A stretch of DNA of 63,096 bases, the filler included, from Octopus bimaculoides (Eukaryota): the NCBI RefSeq assembly GCF_001194135.2. It is 7 parts of 7 records of this genome, joined end to end, with 100 filler letters (N's around TTAATTAATTAA, not from the genome) between each part and the next. Parts side by side here need not be neighbours in the genome. Positions count along the whole stretch, not along the records: positions 1 to 29,768 come from NC_068981.1; positions 29,869 to 39,460 come from NC_068986.1; 5 more parts are not named here. One strand, given 5' to 3'. The notes under the pieces are model-generated. The model did not search any database and was not told where the DNA came from. It worked only from the letters and a program-made list of their open reading frames with translations. Positions 23,451-36,922 of the stretch are shown here, piece by piece; within the stretch, counting starts at the first letter, position 1; the number at the start of each line of letters is the position of its first letter. Position numbers and translations under genes: made by a program.

Positions 23451-24637
23451 AAATATACAATAGAAATGAATTTAAAGTGTGTACAAGATTTCATATACAA
23501 ATTCAAATTAATTTTTAAGTTATAAGAAAGGAAGAGAGGTCATATTTTTAGTGGTTCTCATTCTTTTGCAAAATGCATTTGAGCAACACTTAGCTATGAA
23601 TGGAAAGCCAACAAGAAGAATATGGGTTTATGGAATATAGATGGAGTGAGAAGGTAATATTAAGAAGGAAAATGAAAATGGGTGAAAAAGAAAGGGGAAA
23701 AAAAGAAAAGAACTGAGAAAGAAGGAAAGTGAAAGAAGAATTTAGAAAAGAATGAAGAAGAAGAGAGAGACTTTTATATTTACAGTTCAGCAAAAACAGT
23801 TAATCATTGCTTAAATAAACAAATAAAATGCAATAAAGTAAACTGCAGCAGTAACATGCACATAATTTATTTGTCAGTTTTGGATTCTTTTATCAATGGC
23901 AAAGAAAAGACAAGAGGAGACAAGGCAATTCTAATAATTTTCTGTTTTGTGAAATCCATTTGAACAACACTTAGCTACTGGAAAGCCTTTGATAGGAATT
24001 TTGAATTAGGAAAGAGAAATCCAAATATTCATATATTTATGGAACTTCAGAGAATTTTAAAACCTCAAAGAAATTCAAAAGAATTCCGCCTATAAAATTG
24101 TACTGTAATTAGCTCAGAGATATAAAAGGTTCTTAGGTTTAACTTATTTTGGTGATGGCATATTAAATTTAGCTCAAACCTTAAATTCAGCAAATTGAGA
24201 GATGTCCAAATGAAATGGGGTTTTTTTTTTCAGTTATAAGAAATATTTTTTTCAATTATAAGAAAAGAAGGGAGGTCATATTAGCTACTGGAGAGCCTTT
24301 GATAGAAATTTTGAATTAGGAAAGAGGACTCCAAATATTCATATGATACTTATAAAACTTCAGAGAATTCTAAAAGCTCAAAGAATATAAAAGAAATTCA
24401 AAGGAATTCCACCTTTGGCCAGTACATAACTAACACAATCCAGATCCACCATATTATGATTTGGCAAATTCTATCCCTAATTTCAGTTTATCAATTTTTG
24501 TGGTACTTTTGTCTTTTAGTTGCCATACATGCTGTAAGAGAAAAAGAAAGGTGATGTTTCCATTTTTAACCAGAAGTCTATGCTGTATACAAATTTATGG
24601 TGTATGCAAATATATTATATATATGTATATATATATA

Positions 24638-24717
<80 letters not shown>

Positions 24718-25037
24718 TTACAAATTAAAAGGGTAAAGGGTAAACGCGTCTACTGTTAACCTTCGGAATTGGTTAGTTTTTCATTGTTNNNNNNNNNNNN
24801 NNNNNNNNNNNNNNNNNNNNNNNNNNNNNNNNNNNNNNNNNNNNNNNNNNNNNNNNNNNNNNNNNNNNNNNNNNNNNNNNNNNNNNNNNNNNNNNNNNNN
24901 NNNNNNNNNNNNNNNNNNNNNNNNNNNNNNNNNNNNNNNNNNNNNNNNNNNNNNNNNNNNNNNNNNNNNNNNNNNNNNNNNNNNNNNNNNNNNNNNNNNN
25001 NNNNNNNNNNNNNNNNNNNNNNNTGTATATATATGTA

Positions 25038-25104
<67 letters not shown>

Positions 25105-25106
<2 letters not shown>

Positions 25107-25466
25107 GCTGTGCTTGAGAAGACCCAACAAGGCAAGTGAGACCTATGCCAGGGGTGTAACCAGCCCGCTTATGTGTGCCTTTCCTTCATTGGACACTAAA
25201 CTCTACTTGTGAAGACTTGCTGAGGCAAGTGAAATCGAAATCTAAATTGAAACGAAATTCAATGACAGCACCACATGACTGGCATCTGTGCTAGGGGAGC
25301 GCTAAGAGCACCATCTGAGCATGATCATTGCCAGGGCAGCTGACTGGCTCCCGTGCCAGTGGCACGTAAAAAGCACCAGTCAAAAAGCCGTCAGTCAAAT
25401 CGTCCAACCCATGCCAGCATGGAAAACGGACGGACGTTAAACGATGATGATGATGATGATGATGAT
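25105..25466 (+). mobile_element. RTE 3' UTR with (TGA)n tail
   Basis: Same family as above; ends acgttaaacgatgatgatg. Confidence 0.75.
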
Positions 25467-26008
25467 ATATAAGACTTTACCTTGGGCTAGCATGAATCCT
25501 GACTGGCAATAGAAATGTTTTCACCTCTATCTTCACAATCAATCTTTGAATTCAAATGCCATGCACAGCGTTTATGTGAAGAGATGCAAAATTATCAGAT
25601 ATGAGTTAGGAAATATAAATAAGTAGAGAGTCATGTAAAAACATTATGAAGGATATATTATAAACTAAATGAATATACCATTAAGTCTAAACAAGTCCAT
25701 TTACTTTGCTCTTCTAACATTACTTTTGCACCATACACAAACTCTTTGCTGAGCTTTTTACTGTGAAATGAGTATAGTTAATGCTAATGTTGCAGACTTA
25801 CAATGGGATTGGCTAAATAGTGGGAGGCTGTATGTAGTTTCTTCTGTTCATGCTGTAAATCAGATTTTGACGTTGATTGTACAGCTTTGCTATCGTTCTA
25901 GGTTTTCTTACTAATTTTTTTCTTTGAGTCTGAAATTTTTTTAAATATTTAAATTTTATATCAAGAATAAGAAATATCTTCTCAATGATTTCTTGTGATA
26001 AGGATGTG

Positions 26009-26046
<38 letters not shown>

Positions 26047-26249
26047 TGTGTATGCATTTATGTACATACATATATAGTGGTTTGCCACTACACACACACA
26101 CATATATATATATATATACAAAACTGAATGTGGAAAAACTGTTCCCCAAACCTTAAATCTTTGTGCCAGTGGTTTCTTGATCTCCCCTATTCCACAAAAT
26201 GAGTGCTAGAAATACATAGGTATTGATAAAAATATATCATGTAAAGGTG

Positions 26250-27400
26250 CTGTTAGCAAAGATAGAGTAACAAAAATATATTACACCGGACCTAAACAGA
26301 TCTGGCAGTCACAACTTTCATTTTACAAGACAATATCCCACAATGCATTTGCAGTACCCATGCTAATACCAGCATTTTGGATACTTGACTGATCTACAGA
26401 GGAAATCTGCTTTCTAAACAAAAAAATTTGTTATTAACTGCAAATTTCTGCAGAAACAGTGACATCAACAGGCTCAACCTAAGAAAATATGAAGGGGAAG
26501 AGGCTTAAAATTAGAGCAGACAGCCTTTGAGTACCACATGATATCTCCCGGACAGCATCCATCACCTTCCAAATAATAGTAGTAAAAATGGATACATTAA
26601 CCAAGTACTGTAAAATGAAATAAGCAACAAACATCCTGTGGGTTGGCTTGATCTGCCATATGAATTGGGCTCTCATATCCCAGCAAAGATGTGGAAGAGA
26701 AACACCCTACACATCTTAAAAATGTTATGTGTGGATATATTTCCCATAAACTAGACAATGATGACTTGTAACCTCTACATCACATCTTGAAGGCTATGCT
26801 TTCACAGTCTAAGACTAGGAGATAACTACAAAATCTCTCATGAACAAACAAAACAGTAAAGCTCTTAAAATCCAAAGATGCAACTGTGTCATTTATGCCA
26901 TTCTTCCATCAAGAATATAGCATATATAATCAACTGCTGTTCAAAAATGTTATCAAGGAACTATCTCCTACTGTGACATGATGTTGCTCAAACAATATAC
27001 AACACCATCTGTGGAAATGACTGCTCTTGGATAAATGTTAACATTTATCCAAGGGCAGTCATGGAATACAAATGTATCACCACAAGGAATGCTGGTGGAA
27101 CATTCCCATCATAAAAACCATAACAGACCTGACATAGCTATTTGGGACTGAAAAGACAAGCCATGTACAGATGTACAAATAAGTTGTGAGCATCTCTTCC
27201 AAAATAAGCAAGAAACAGGGTATCTATCAACTGCTTTGAAACCTGCAACTCCACTTCCCTGATTGTAAATTTACATTCATAGTAATAATCATTGGTAAAT
27301 TTCTAAGCCATAATCTAGAGAAGCTAGGAATATCAAAGAAAGAAAGTAGCTAATTGAAGTATAACGATAAAATCTGTTTGTGGAACAGAAAGAATACAAT
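26250..27400 (+). mobile_element. Old degenerate R4/NeSL-like RLE LINE
   Basis: NAFAVPMLIPAF...RNSDINRL..., decayed CCHC knuckle, and WWNIP...NRPDIAIWD (RLE PD motif). Confidence 0.7.
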
Positions 27401-29505
27401 AGAGTTCTTAATGTCTGATATATAACAATTATAATTGTCAATATCCAAATACAAATGATGGAGCTTGTGTTTCTTTGTTAGAAACTGATTCCCTTGTTCT
27501 AGAAAGAATACTAATATATATAAAGAAGAAAGCCATGAACTGGCAAAATCGTTAGCAGGCTAGGCAAAATTCTTTAGGGTATTTCATCCATCTTTAAGTT
27601 TTGAGTTCAAATTCTGCAGAGACTGACTTTGCCTTTCATCCTTTCAGGGTTGATAAAATAAATACCAGCTTAGCACTGGGGTCGATGTTATCAACTTATC
27701 CCCTCCTTCAAAATTGGTCTTGTGCCAAAATTTGAAACCAATATATAAAATGAAGAAAAAGACTCCCATACATGCATGCAAACATAAATGAAAAAGAAAT
27801 CAACAAACTAACTTGCATATTACAAATACAATTTGTAAGCGAGACAGTAAAAATATACAAAACTTTTCTCAAGTTTAAAATGTGACATTGTTTTTGCTAT
27901 CTATATTCTAATGATGGAGCTCTGTTTCTTTATTAGAAACCACTTCCTTCCTCACAGGAACAATTTAAATAATGAAAAGCAGAAGAGGACAAACACACAC
28001 ACACACTCACACACACACACGTCTGTACTCTAGGCATAACAGCCTGGAATTGACAAGGCCTACCAGTGCCAAAATTTTCATGCAAGTGCATCACCTCCTA
28101 TCCAAAGGATTTACTTTTAGTAGGAAAAAATAAAGTTGAATACTTTTTGAATGTACCTCGTAAATAAGCACAGATGTGGTAGTGTGGCTAAGAAGTTTGC
28201 TTCTCATTTTTATCACCTTCTTCTCTTTCATATTTATCATTGACTACCTTTTCACCCCAGTTCATCATTCACTACTTTCCGCCTTATCCTAATGTCTAAC
28301 CACCTCTCACCCTCCTCCCATACTCTTGCACCTTTTACCCACTTACTCTGCCTTATCTTCTGCCCTATTACTCTTTTCTATTCATCTTATACTTTGAGCG
28401 TATGCTCTGATACCTTGCTATTGCCATCTTTACCTCATTTTCCAGTTCGACACCAATTAAACCCCACCCAACTTTATATAATGCAGAGTAGCCATGTATC
28501 TCTTCTTCAACAACAAACCTGTTCCTGTCCTTTCAATTCTTCATAATGAAGATGGTTAATGGGGATAAAGTTGGAGTGAAATATATACAACTTGAGATTG
28601 AAATTGAACTGGTAAGTAACATTTTATTCTCCGTTATAAAATACAATGATTGCCATACATGAATTAGCACAACATAACAGGTTATTACAAAGATGTGTGA
28701 GAGAACTTCATGGTTAAGCTGGACTGTTAATGCTGTAGACATAGTTGACATAGTGTTGGTGTTGTGTAGAGGTAGCTGTTGGTTGTGTAATGTTCATACA
28801 GCAATGATGTAGACAGGTGTCTGATGGAGATGAAAACAGAGACTGGCTGATGTCAGATACATCGTTGCTGGAGACGAGTTGTGCAATGTGGTCAGTGGCA
28901 AGTGTCAAAGACCTAGAATAGTTGAGAACTGCTGTACTTATAGGGAATAGTGGGTTCCCAGAAGCTGGTGATTAATTTTCCATCTAAGGAAAAAATAAAC
29001 TGTTGCACCAACACAACTGGATAGCTGGAAGCCGACCAATACAAACAACAGGTTCGTTTAATCATGAGGTCATGTGACCGTTGGAACGAAAAGGCTTTGT
29101 GGAGCCGATATTGGAGTATTTAAGCCTACAGGAGGCAAAATGAAAACATCTCGCACAATGGCAGTGTAAATCACTTCTGCTACAACTTTAATTATCAACA
29201 CTTTGTATAAAGCAATATACTCCCACCCAGTTGAAGGGGTTCTGTAGCTTGGAGATATATATGGTAACCTTACTAGTGCTGGTGCCATGAAAAAAAGCAC
29301 CCAGTACATTTTGTAAAATAGTTAGTGATCATGCTAAAAACTGAGACACTGGAGTAAGATATGGTTCTTCAAACCATTGGATCCTATCAAACTGTTCAAC
29401 TTATGCCAACATGGAAAGCAGATATGAAACGACAACACACACACACACACACACACACACTTGTGTATATATAAATATATACATACATACATACATACAT
29501 ATCTA

Positions 29506-29544
<39 letters not shown>

Positions 29545-29553
29545 ATATATATA

Positions 29554-29768
29554 TCATCATCATCATCGTTTAACGTCCGCTTTCCTTGCTAGCATGGGTT
29601 GGACGATTTGACTGAGGACTGGTGAAACCGGATGGCAACACCAGGCTCCAGTCTGATTTGGCAGAGTTTCTACAGCTGGATGCCCTTCCTAACGCCAACC
29701 ACTCAGAGAGTGTAGTGGGTGCTTTTACGTGTCACCCGCACGAAAACGGCCACGCTTGAAATGGTGTT
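29554..29768 (-). mobile_element. Young RTE-type tail copy (CpG intact), truncated by a gap
   Basis: catcatcatcgtttaacgtccgctttccttgctagcatggg...; near-identical to 45640-45845 in the opposite orientation. Confidence 0.8.
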
Positions 29769-29868
29769 NNNNNNNNNNNNNNNNNNNNNNNNNNNNNNNN
29801 NNNNNNNNNNNNTTAATTAATTAANNNNNNNNNNNNNNNNNNNNNNNNNNNNNNNNNNNNNNNNNNNN
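29769..29868. other. Artificial scaffold-join gap (44N + TTAATTAATTAA + 44N); same structure at 39461-39560, 48130-48229, 54390-54489, 59761-59860 and 61835-61934
   Basis: Identical 100-bp structure six times; the spacer has stops in all six frames. Confidence 0.95.
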
Positions 29869-29901
<33 letters not shown>

Positions 29902-31089
29902 TGCACGGTGTACAGCTATACAGGGATTCTTTAAGAAGTGTGCACCTGATCACGTTTGATAACAGTTTTCTTGAAGATATTATTTAAACGAAAATACAAA
30001 AATACTAATTCGAATTACCAAACATCACAAAAAAGATATGGCCGTCATTTTGAGGCTTGATACGTGATTACTAAATCACTTTCCAGATCAAACTTCACAG
30101 AAAGGGTTAATATACTAGCAACAGCAGCAGCAGTAGCAGTAGTAGTAGCAGTTGTTGTTGTTGTTGTTGTCTTGGTGGTGGTAGTGGTAGTGGTGGTGGT
30201 AGTGGTGGAGTTGTTGGTAGTAGTAGTGGTTTTAGTGGTAGTTGTAATAATAACGACCTCTTCGAATTAGCAGAACGTTCCTAAAATAAATTCGCATGAG
30301 AGTGTAAGATATAAAACAATTATTAAAAATAAACAGGCAAAAATAATGTGCATAGATATGGGCAGAGATAAAAATAACTTATATAATACATGTATCAACG
30401 TTTGCATATACACACATACATACATATAAATATATATATATATATATATANNNNNNNNNNNNNNNNNNNNNNNNNNNNNNNNNNNNNNNNNNNNNNNNNN
30501 NNNNNNNNNNNNNNNNNNNNNNNNNNNNNNNNNNNNNNNNNNNNNNNNNNNNNNNNNNNNNNNNNNNNNNNNNNNNNNNNNNNNNNNNNNNNNNNNNNNN
30601 NNNNNNNNNNNNNNNNNNNNNNNNNNNNNNNNNNNNNNNNNNNNNNNNNNNNNNNNNNNNNNNNNNNNNNNNNNNNNNNNNNNNNNNNNNNNNNNNNNNN
30701 NNNNNNNNNNNNNNNNNNNNNNNNNNNNNNNNNNNNNNNNNNNNNNNNNNNNNNNNNNNNNNNNNNNNNNNNNNNNNNNNNNNNNNNNNNNNNNNNNNNN
30801 NNNNNNNNNNNNNNNNNNNNNNNNNNNNNNNNNNNNNNNNNNNNNNNNNNNNNNNNNNNNNNNNNNNNNNNNNNNNNNNNNNNNNNNNNNNNNNNNNNNN
30901 NNNNNNNNNNNNNNNNNNNNNNNNNNNNNNNNNNNNNNNNNNNNNNNNNNNNNNNNNNNNNNNNNNNNNNNNNNNNNNNNNNNNNNNNNNNNNNNNNNNN
31001 NNNNNNNNNNNNNNNNNNNNNNNNNNNNNNNNNNNNNNNNNNNNNNNNNNNNNNNNNNNNNNNNNNNNNNNNNNNNNNNNNNNNNNNNN

Positions 31090-31390
31090 CGAGTACATGG
31101 TACTGATGGACCACAATAATAGAAAAATATCGATATCTATCATTTTCGATCATATCGAGGCGAGTTGTCTTGCCTGGTCTGGGACATTTCGGTGCTCTTT
31201 AATATTCGGCGTCGTATAAAGAGATTTGCCAGGACGTTATGCCGCAACAAAGTGCTGCTTTTTAAATTCGAGAGAACGTCTGCTACGAATGATATTTTTT
31301 GACACAGGGCACCTCTAAGACGACCGCCAGACGCTGAACGAAAATGAATAAAGTGCGACCCGGCCAAAAACTTTTTAGCGCCCTGTCGTA
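31090..31390 (-). mobile_element. Probable Tc1/mariner-like DNA transposon end
   Basis: The right end reads TACGACAGGGCGCTAAAAAGTTTTTGG on the minus strand, resembling mariner-type TIRs after a TA; CpG-rich. Confidence 0.35.
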
Positions 31391-31879
31391 ATTAAAATAA
31401 AGTTAAATAAAAAAAGTTTTTCCTTTGCACCACCTCCCATAATTACTTTCATTTACTCCCCTTCCATCTCTTTCTCCTCTGTATTATCCTTTCTCTCCCA
31501 TTGGGTGTAGCTTTGCTTTACTCATTGCCTACCACCAAGCTTCGTATATGCAAGTGCACTCCTACTGCACCTTTTACATTAATTTCTACTGTATGTGTTT
31601 TATTCTCTCTCTTTCTCATCCTTCTCCTCGTCTTACGACCTATGCGACTTGCGACCATCCGTACTAAGGACCACACAAAAAATAGAAAAATAAGAATAAA
31701 TAAACAAATAAATCGATTTTAGGAAGTCGGGCAGCTGCGCGTACGATAACTATGGCAGCGTCTGAAAACGCAGGCTTCCCCTCAGACACAGGAATCCATT
31801 GCTTGCTTCTGTTTCTCACTCAGTCGCTTTCAAGTATCAGCTGCATGTATGAAAATAGTGTTGAAAATATAAATCCTAC

Positions 31880-31948
31880 ATACGACCAGATCGACTTACG
31901 ACCTGCCAATCGGAACGGAACTCTGTCGTAAGTCGAAGAGAAGGTGTA
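31880..31948. mobile_element. Tigger/pogo-like mini-MITE remnant
   Basis: Inverted tcgacttacgac (31891-31902) / gtcgtaagtcga (31925-31936), ending ...ggtgta. Confidence 0.5.
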
Positions 31949-33743
31949 CTATATAAAGCGTCAGAGGAGAAATAGACCAACCAACTAACTGGTATATCGG
32001 TTATTATTCTGTAGCTCTACTAAGTAAAGTGAATAAAGCAGGGAAAGAATCTTCAGGCATCTCCTTCATAGGGTCCTACCAGAAGCAACCGTAATTATAT
32101 TTCCAGTTGTGAGCTAAATTATGCAATGAGGTAGTACCACGAGTTTTAAGATAGTTGGTTGTGAATTGAGTAAGACGAGGCTGCTATTTCTAGCAGTCTA
32201 GCAACGACAAATAGCAGGGTTAAATAGAGAAACCAACCAGCCAATGAACTCACAATTATTATATAGAGATTGCATGTTAAGCAGGTGATGGAGTCCCCAA
32301 AGTTATCATTCGGCCCGCAAGAAATGGTAATCAAATCACCCTCAAATCATACCTTACCTCTCATTTTAAGGAAGAAAATTGCATGTTGAATAATATAGTT
32401 CAGCACCGCCATTCTTTGACTGGTGAACTGGAGCCAAAATTTAAAAAAATGAGACGCCACCACCAGCACCACCACTACCACCACCACTACCACCACCACT
32501 ACCACCACCACCACTACCACCACCATCATCACCATCACCACCACCNNNNNNNNNNNNNNNNNNNNNNNNNNNNNNNNNNNNNNNNNNNNNNNNNNNNNNN
32601 NNNNNNNNNNNNNNNNNNNNNNNNNNNNNNNNNNNNNNNNNNNNNNNNNNNNNNNNNNNNNNNNNNNNNNNNNNNNNNNNNNNNNNNNNNNNNNNNNNNN
32701 NNNNNNNNNNNNNNNNNNNNNNNNNNNNNNNNNNNNNNNNNNNNNNNNNNNNNNNNNNNNNNNNNNNNNNNNNNNNNNNNNNNNNNNNNNNNNNNNNNNN
32801 NNNNNNNNNNNNNNNNNNNNNNNNNNNNNNNNNNNNNNNNNNNNNNNNNNNNNNNNNNNNNNNNNNNNNNNNNNNNNNNNNNNNNNNNNNNNNNNNNNNN
32901 NNNNNNNNNNNNNNNNNNNNNNNNNNNNNNNNNNNNNNNNNNNNNNNNNNNNNNNNNNNNNNNNNNNNNNNNNNNNNNNNNNNNNNNNNNNNNNNNNNNN
33001 NNNNNNNNNNNNNNNNNNNNNNNNNNNNNNNNNNNNNNNNNNNNNNNNNNNNNNNNNNNNNNNNNNNNNNNNNNNNNNNNNNNNNNNNNNNNNNNNNNNN
33101 NNNNNNNNNNNNNNNNNNNNNNNNNNNNNNNNNNNNNNNNNNNNNNNNNNNNNNNNNNNNNNNNNNNNNNNNNNNNNNNNNNNNNNNNNNNNNNNNNNNN
33201 NNNNNNNNNNNNNNNNNNNNNNNNNNNNNNNNNNCAACAATAATCTATTTATATAACATCTAGATTAACTGGGCTATCAATAATCTTAAGGTCCTTCGTC
33301 AAGGAAATCGCCATAACTACAAGCGTCTATATATATATGAGTCACCGACATTTTGGCTGGTAAGGACGCCCCCCCCCCTCTTTCCGACTTTTGGTTCTGA
33401 TGGCGTTGGTGGTAATAGTATTGATGGTGTCGGTGTTAGTGACAATGGTAAGGAGGTCGCTTGTTTTGAAATCGGTCGTGGTATTTTTATTTTATTGTTG
33501 TTGTGGTCGTTATTGCTGAGTGTTGGTGTTGCTGCTGGATAAAAGAGATTAAAGTCTCAAGTGGCTATTTTTATATCGTCTGCAATCTGATTATATTTAC
33601 TATTCTAGTGTTTTGTCTGTTTGATTAGCGTTTGTTGTTATTGTTGTTGTTACTATTGTTGTAGTAGTCTCATATCAGCTCTGCGTCCAGCAACAGTTAA
33701 AAATAGACCAGCCGTGATGAACATGCAGTTTAGGGGTTTTTAG

Positions 33744-34088
33744 CAGGGGTTTTCAACCATTTCCCCCCTTCCAAATGGACCCATTTGATTACGATATTAT
33801 TCCGTTGGACCCCCATAACCATTTGACGTTTAATGATTTGTCTTATAGAAACTTCTTTCAAAACTCCTATTTTGTTTTTCCCACATTCACTCATGTAGGT
33901 TTAACCATGTAAAATGTTAGAGAAACAAACCAAACTGTTTCTTGCAATACATAAATCTGAAGCAAAATTTTTTCAAGGGCGCTTAAAATACTACCATGGA
34001 GCCCCAATTTACGGTTTTATTACGTGGACCCCCACCAATCTTACATGGACCCTCAAGGGCCCATGTGGACCCTGGGTAAGAAATATTG
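33744..34088. mobile_element. hAT-type MITE
   Basis: Begins CAGGGGTTTTCAACC; ggaccc subterminal repeats; degenerate right TIR followed by atctggag. Confidence 0.55.
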
Positions 34089-34159
34089 ATCTGGAGGGAC
34101 GACAATTTTCGATAATTTCCGATAATCTCATTTAAGCGGTTTTACAAGCGTGATCATGG

Positions 34160-34615
34160 CCGTATAGTTAGGAAGCTCACTTTGCGACGACTTCGTGGTT
34201 TCAGGTTCAGTCCAACTGCGCAGCCGCATGGTCAAGGGTCTTCCACTATAACCCCAAGCCAACTAGTGCTTTGTGAGTAGATTTGGTAGATGGAAAGTGT
34301 GGGGAAGCCTGTCGTACATGTATATGCGTGTGTGTCTTTGTGTTTGTCCCCCTATCACCATTTAACGGTGTTCGTTTGTTTACGTTCTGTAACCTAGCAT
34401 TTTGGTAAAAAAATGACCGATATAATTAGTAACCGAGTTGCAAAAAAAAAAGAAAAAAAGAAAAAAGGCGGTGCTCCAACATGGTCGCAGTTAAAATGAC
34501 TGAAACAAGTAAAAGAATAAAAGAATAAGTACTAGAGTCGATTTGTTTTACTAAAACCCTTCAACGTGGGGCCCCAGCATGGCCGCAGTCCAATGACTAA
34601 AGTATGTAAAAGATA
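34160..34615 (+). mobile_element. tRNA-derived SINE with duplicated tail, CpG largely retained
   Basis: Head ...ggttcagtccaactgcg..., body and two ccagcatggccgcagt...gactgaaac tails. Confidence 0.75.
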
Positions 34616-35287
34616 AAAAACATTAAATAACCTGTTGTGAAGCGACAAGATCAACACCACCACTTCCCGTCGGTACAACTCAGTAGTCGCTAAGGATTAT
34701 AGCATTGGACACATGTAGCTGTAGTGGCTATCATTCGTCGACATGCATATCTTCTCAGAGGTGTTCCTCGCTAGTTCATTGGAGTGGTGCCCTTCATCAG
34801 CTATTTCTGAAATACTTAAGTAGGTGCCTGTGGACGCGGCCTAATGAGGGAGTTCTGATTATAAAATTAAGGACCTGGTACCAGCCTGACTTAAAGTAGT
34901 TTTTGCTTATTATATTTTACTTGTTTCGGTTTTTAGATTGCGGCCATGCTGGAACACCGTTTTGATGGGTTCAGTCGAACAATCGACGTCAGTACTTTTA
35001 AGAATAGTATTTATTTTACTGGACTTTTTTGCTGAACCGCTAAGTTACGAGAACGTAAACCAACCAACACCAGCTGTCAAAGTGATGATGGACAAACACA
35101 CGCATATACATATATGTGAGTTTACATCTACTAAATCCGCTAACAGTGTATTTGTCAGCCTGAGACTATAGTAGAAACACTTGCTCAAGGTGCCGTGCAG
35201 TGGGACTGAACCCGAAACCAAATGGTTGCAGCGCGTGCTTCTTAACCTTATCACCATGCTTGCGGTTATAAAAATAACACGCTAATG

Positions 35288-35673
35288 TTGTTGTTGGCAC
35301 TCCATCGCTTACGACGTCGAGGGTTCCGGTTGATCCGATCAACGGAACAGCCTGCTCGTGAAATTAACGTGCTAGTGGCTGAGCACTCCACAGACACGTG
35401 TACCCTTAACGTAGTTCTCGGGGATATTCAGCGTGACACAGTGTGACAAGGCTGACCCTTTGAATTACAGGCACAACAAAAACAGGAAGAAAGAGTGAGA
35501 GAAAGTTGTGGTGAAAGAGTACAGCAGGGTTCGCCACCATCCCCTGCCGGAGCCTCGTGGAGCTTTAGGTGTTTTCGCTCAATAAACACTCAGAACGCCC
35601 GGTCTGGGGATCGAAACCGCGATCCTATGACTGCGAGTCCGCTGCCCTAACCACTGGGCCATTGCGGCTCCAC
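35288..35673 (-). mobile_element. Young full-length tRNA-headed SINE with 12-bp TSD
   Basis: Minus head gtggagccgcaaTGGCCCAGTGGttagggc...GGTTTCGATCCcc (A/B boxes), (caa)n tail; TSD aacacgctaatg at 35276-35287 and 35674-35685. Confidence 0.92.
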
Positions 35674-35904
35674 AACACGCTAATGATATTAGGAAGATTC
35701 GACGGTTCTTGTAGATAGTCGAAAAACTGCGTAGCATAGTCATGGATAACCTACGGCCCGTGGGGCTTTCTGAATGGTAAGCCTAATGAAAAATTTCCCT
35801 CGTGTTTTTTAGTACTGCGGCCCGCCTGTTGGTGAGCTATGTCTCAATCGGCTTCAGAAATATTACCTGTGCCTGACGTAGCGGCTCCCTCAAATTGACA
35901 TTAA

Positions 35905-36194
35905 CCCATTACTTACCAGTGATCTCATATGAGATCACTTAAAAATTACAAATTTCGTGATTATCTGTCAATATTTACACATATCTAACCTTTTTGCTAT
36001 ATCTACTAGGTATATTTCTCTGATATTCAAATGAGGTTTGCTTATTTTTCACCCAATATCTCGCTTATTTCTATTTAAAATGTTATTTTGAAATGTTATT
36101 TTGATCATTCCAGCGTGTTTCTAAGGCTGTTTTATGCTAAAAATCAAAGTTTCATAAAAAAATTCCAGTTAATAGAATTATGGGAGGTAATGGG
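35905..36194. mobile_element. piggyBac-type MITE
   Basis: TTAA|CCCATTACTTACCA ... TGGGAGGTAATGGG|TTAA: CCC/GGG termini with TTAA duplication. Confidence 0.8.
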
Positions 36195-36837
36195 TTAATG
36201 GAACTTTTGGCAGTGTTGTGCNNNNNNNNNNNNNNNNNNNNNNNNNNNNNNNNNNNNNNNNNNNNNNNNNNNNNNNNNNNNNNNNNNNNNNNNNNNNNNN
36301 NNNNNNNNNNNNNNNNNNNNNNNNNNNNNNNNNNNNNNNNNNNNNNNNNNNNNNNNNNNNNNNNNNNNNNNNNNNNNNNNNNNNNNNNNNNNNNNNNNNN
36401 NNNNNNNNNNNNNNNNNNNNNNNNNNNNNNNNNNNNNNNNNNNNNNNNNNNNNNNNNNNNNNNNNNNNNNNNNNNNNNNNNNNNNNNNNNNNNNNNNNNN
36501 NNNNNNNNNNNNNNNNNNNNNNNNNNNNNNNNNNNNNNNNNNNNNNNNNNNNNNNNNNNNNNNNNNNNNNNNNNNNNNNNNNNNNNNNNNNNNNNNNNNN
36601 NNNNNNNNNNNNNNNNNNNNNNNNNNNNNNNNNNNNNNNNNNNNNNNNNNNNNNNNNNNNNNNNNNNNNNNNNNNNNNNNNNNTGTGCCGGATAACAGCA
36701 ATTAAATCTGAAGTGCCGCCGAAACTGATTATTTTTATACCGACTGTGATCTATTATTATTGCCACTGTAGTTAAACCTGCTTTTTAAATATGTTTCGGA
36801 CGAATTTTAAAGTTAAGCAAAGGGAATTAAATTTACA

Positions 36838-36916
<79 letters not shown>

Positions 36917-36922
<6 letters not shown>

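Noticed and set aside
28551-28610. Plus-strand exon-like MVNGDKVGVKYIQLEIEIEL|gtaagt
   Set aside because: The acceptor tract belongs to a pyrimidine-rich repeat and there are no supporting neighbouring plus-strand exons; not excluded but unsupported
29813-29824. Recurrent TTAATTAATTAA motif (six copies)
   Set aside because: Always centred in exactly 44N+12+44N, so it is an assembly spacer and not biological
33370-33535. Pro/Thr-rich minus-strand frame (IPRPISKQATSLPLSLTPTPS...)
   Set aside because: Best explained as a decayed ACC/AAC trinucleotide tract like those at 30120-30250 and 53820-54000; the donor is weak
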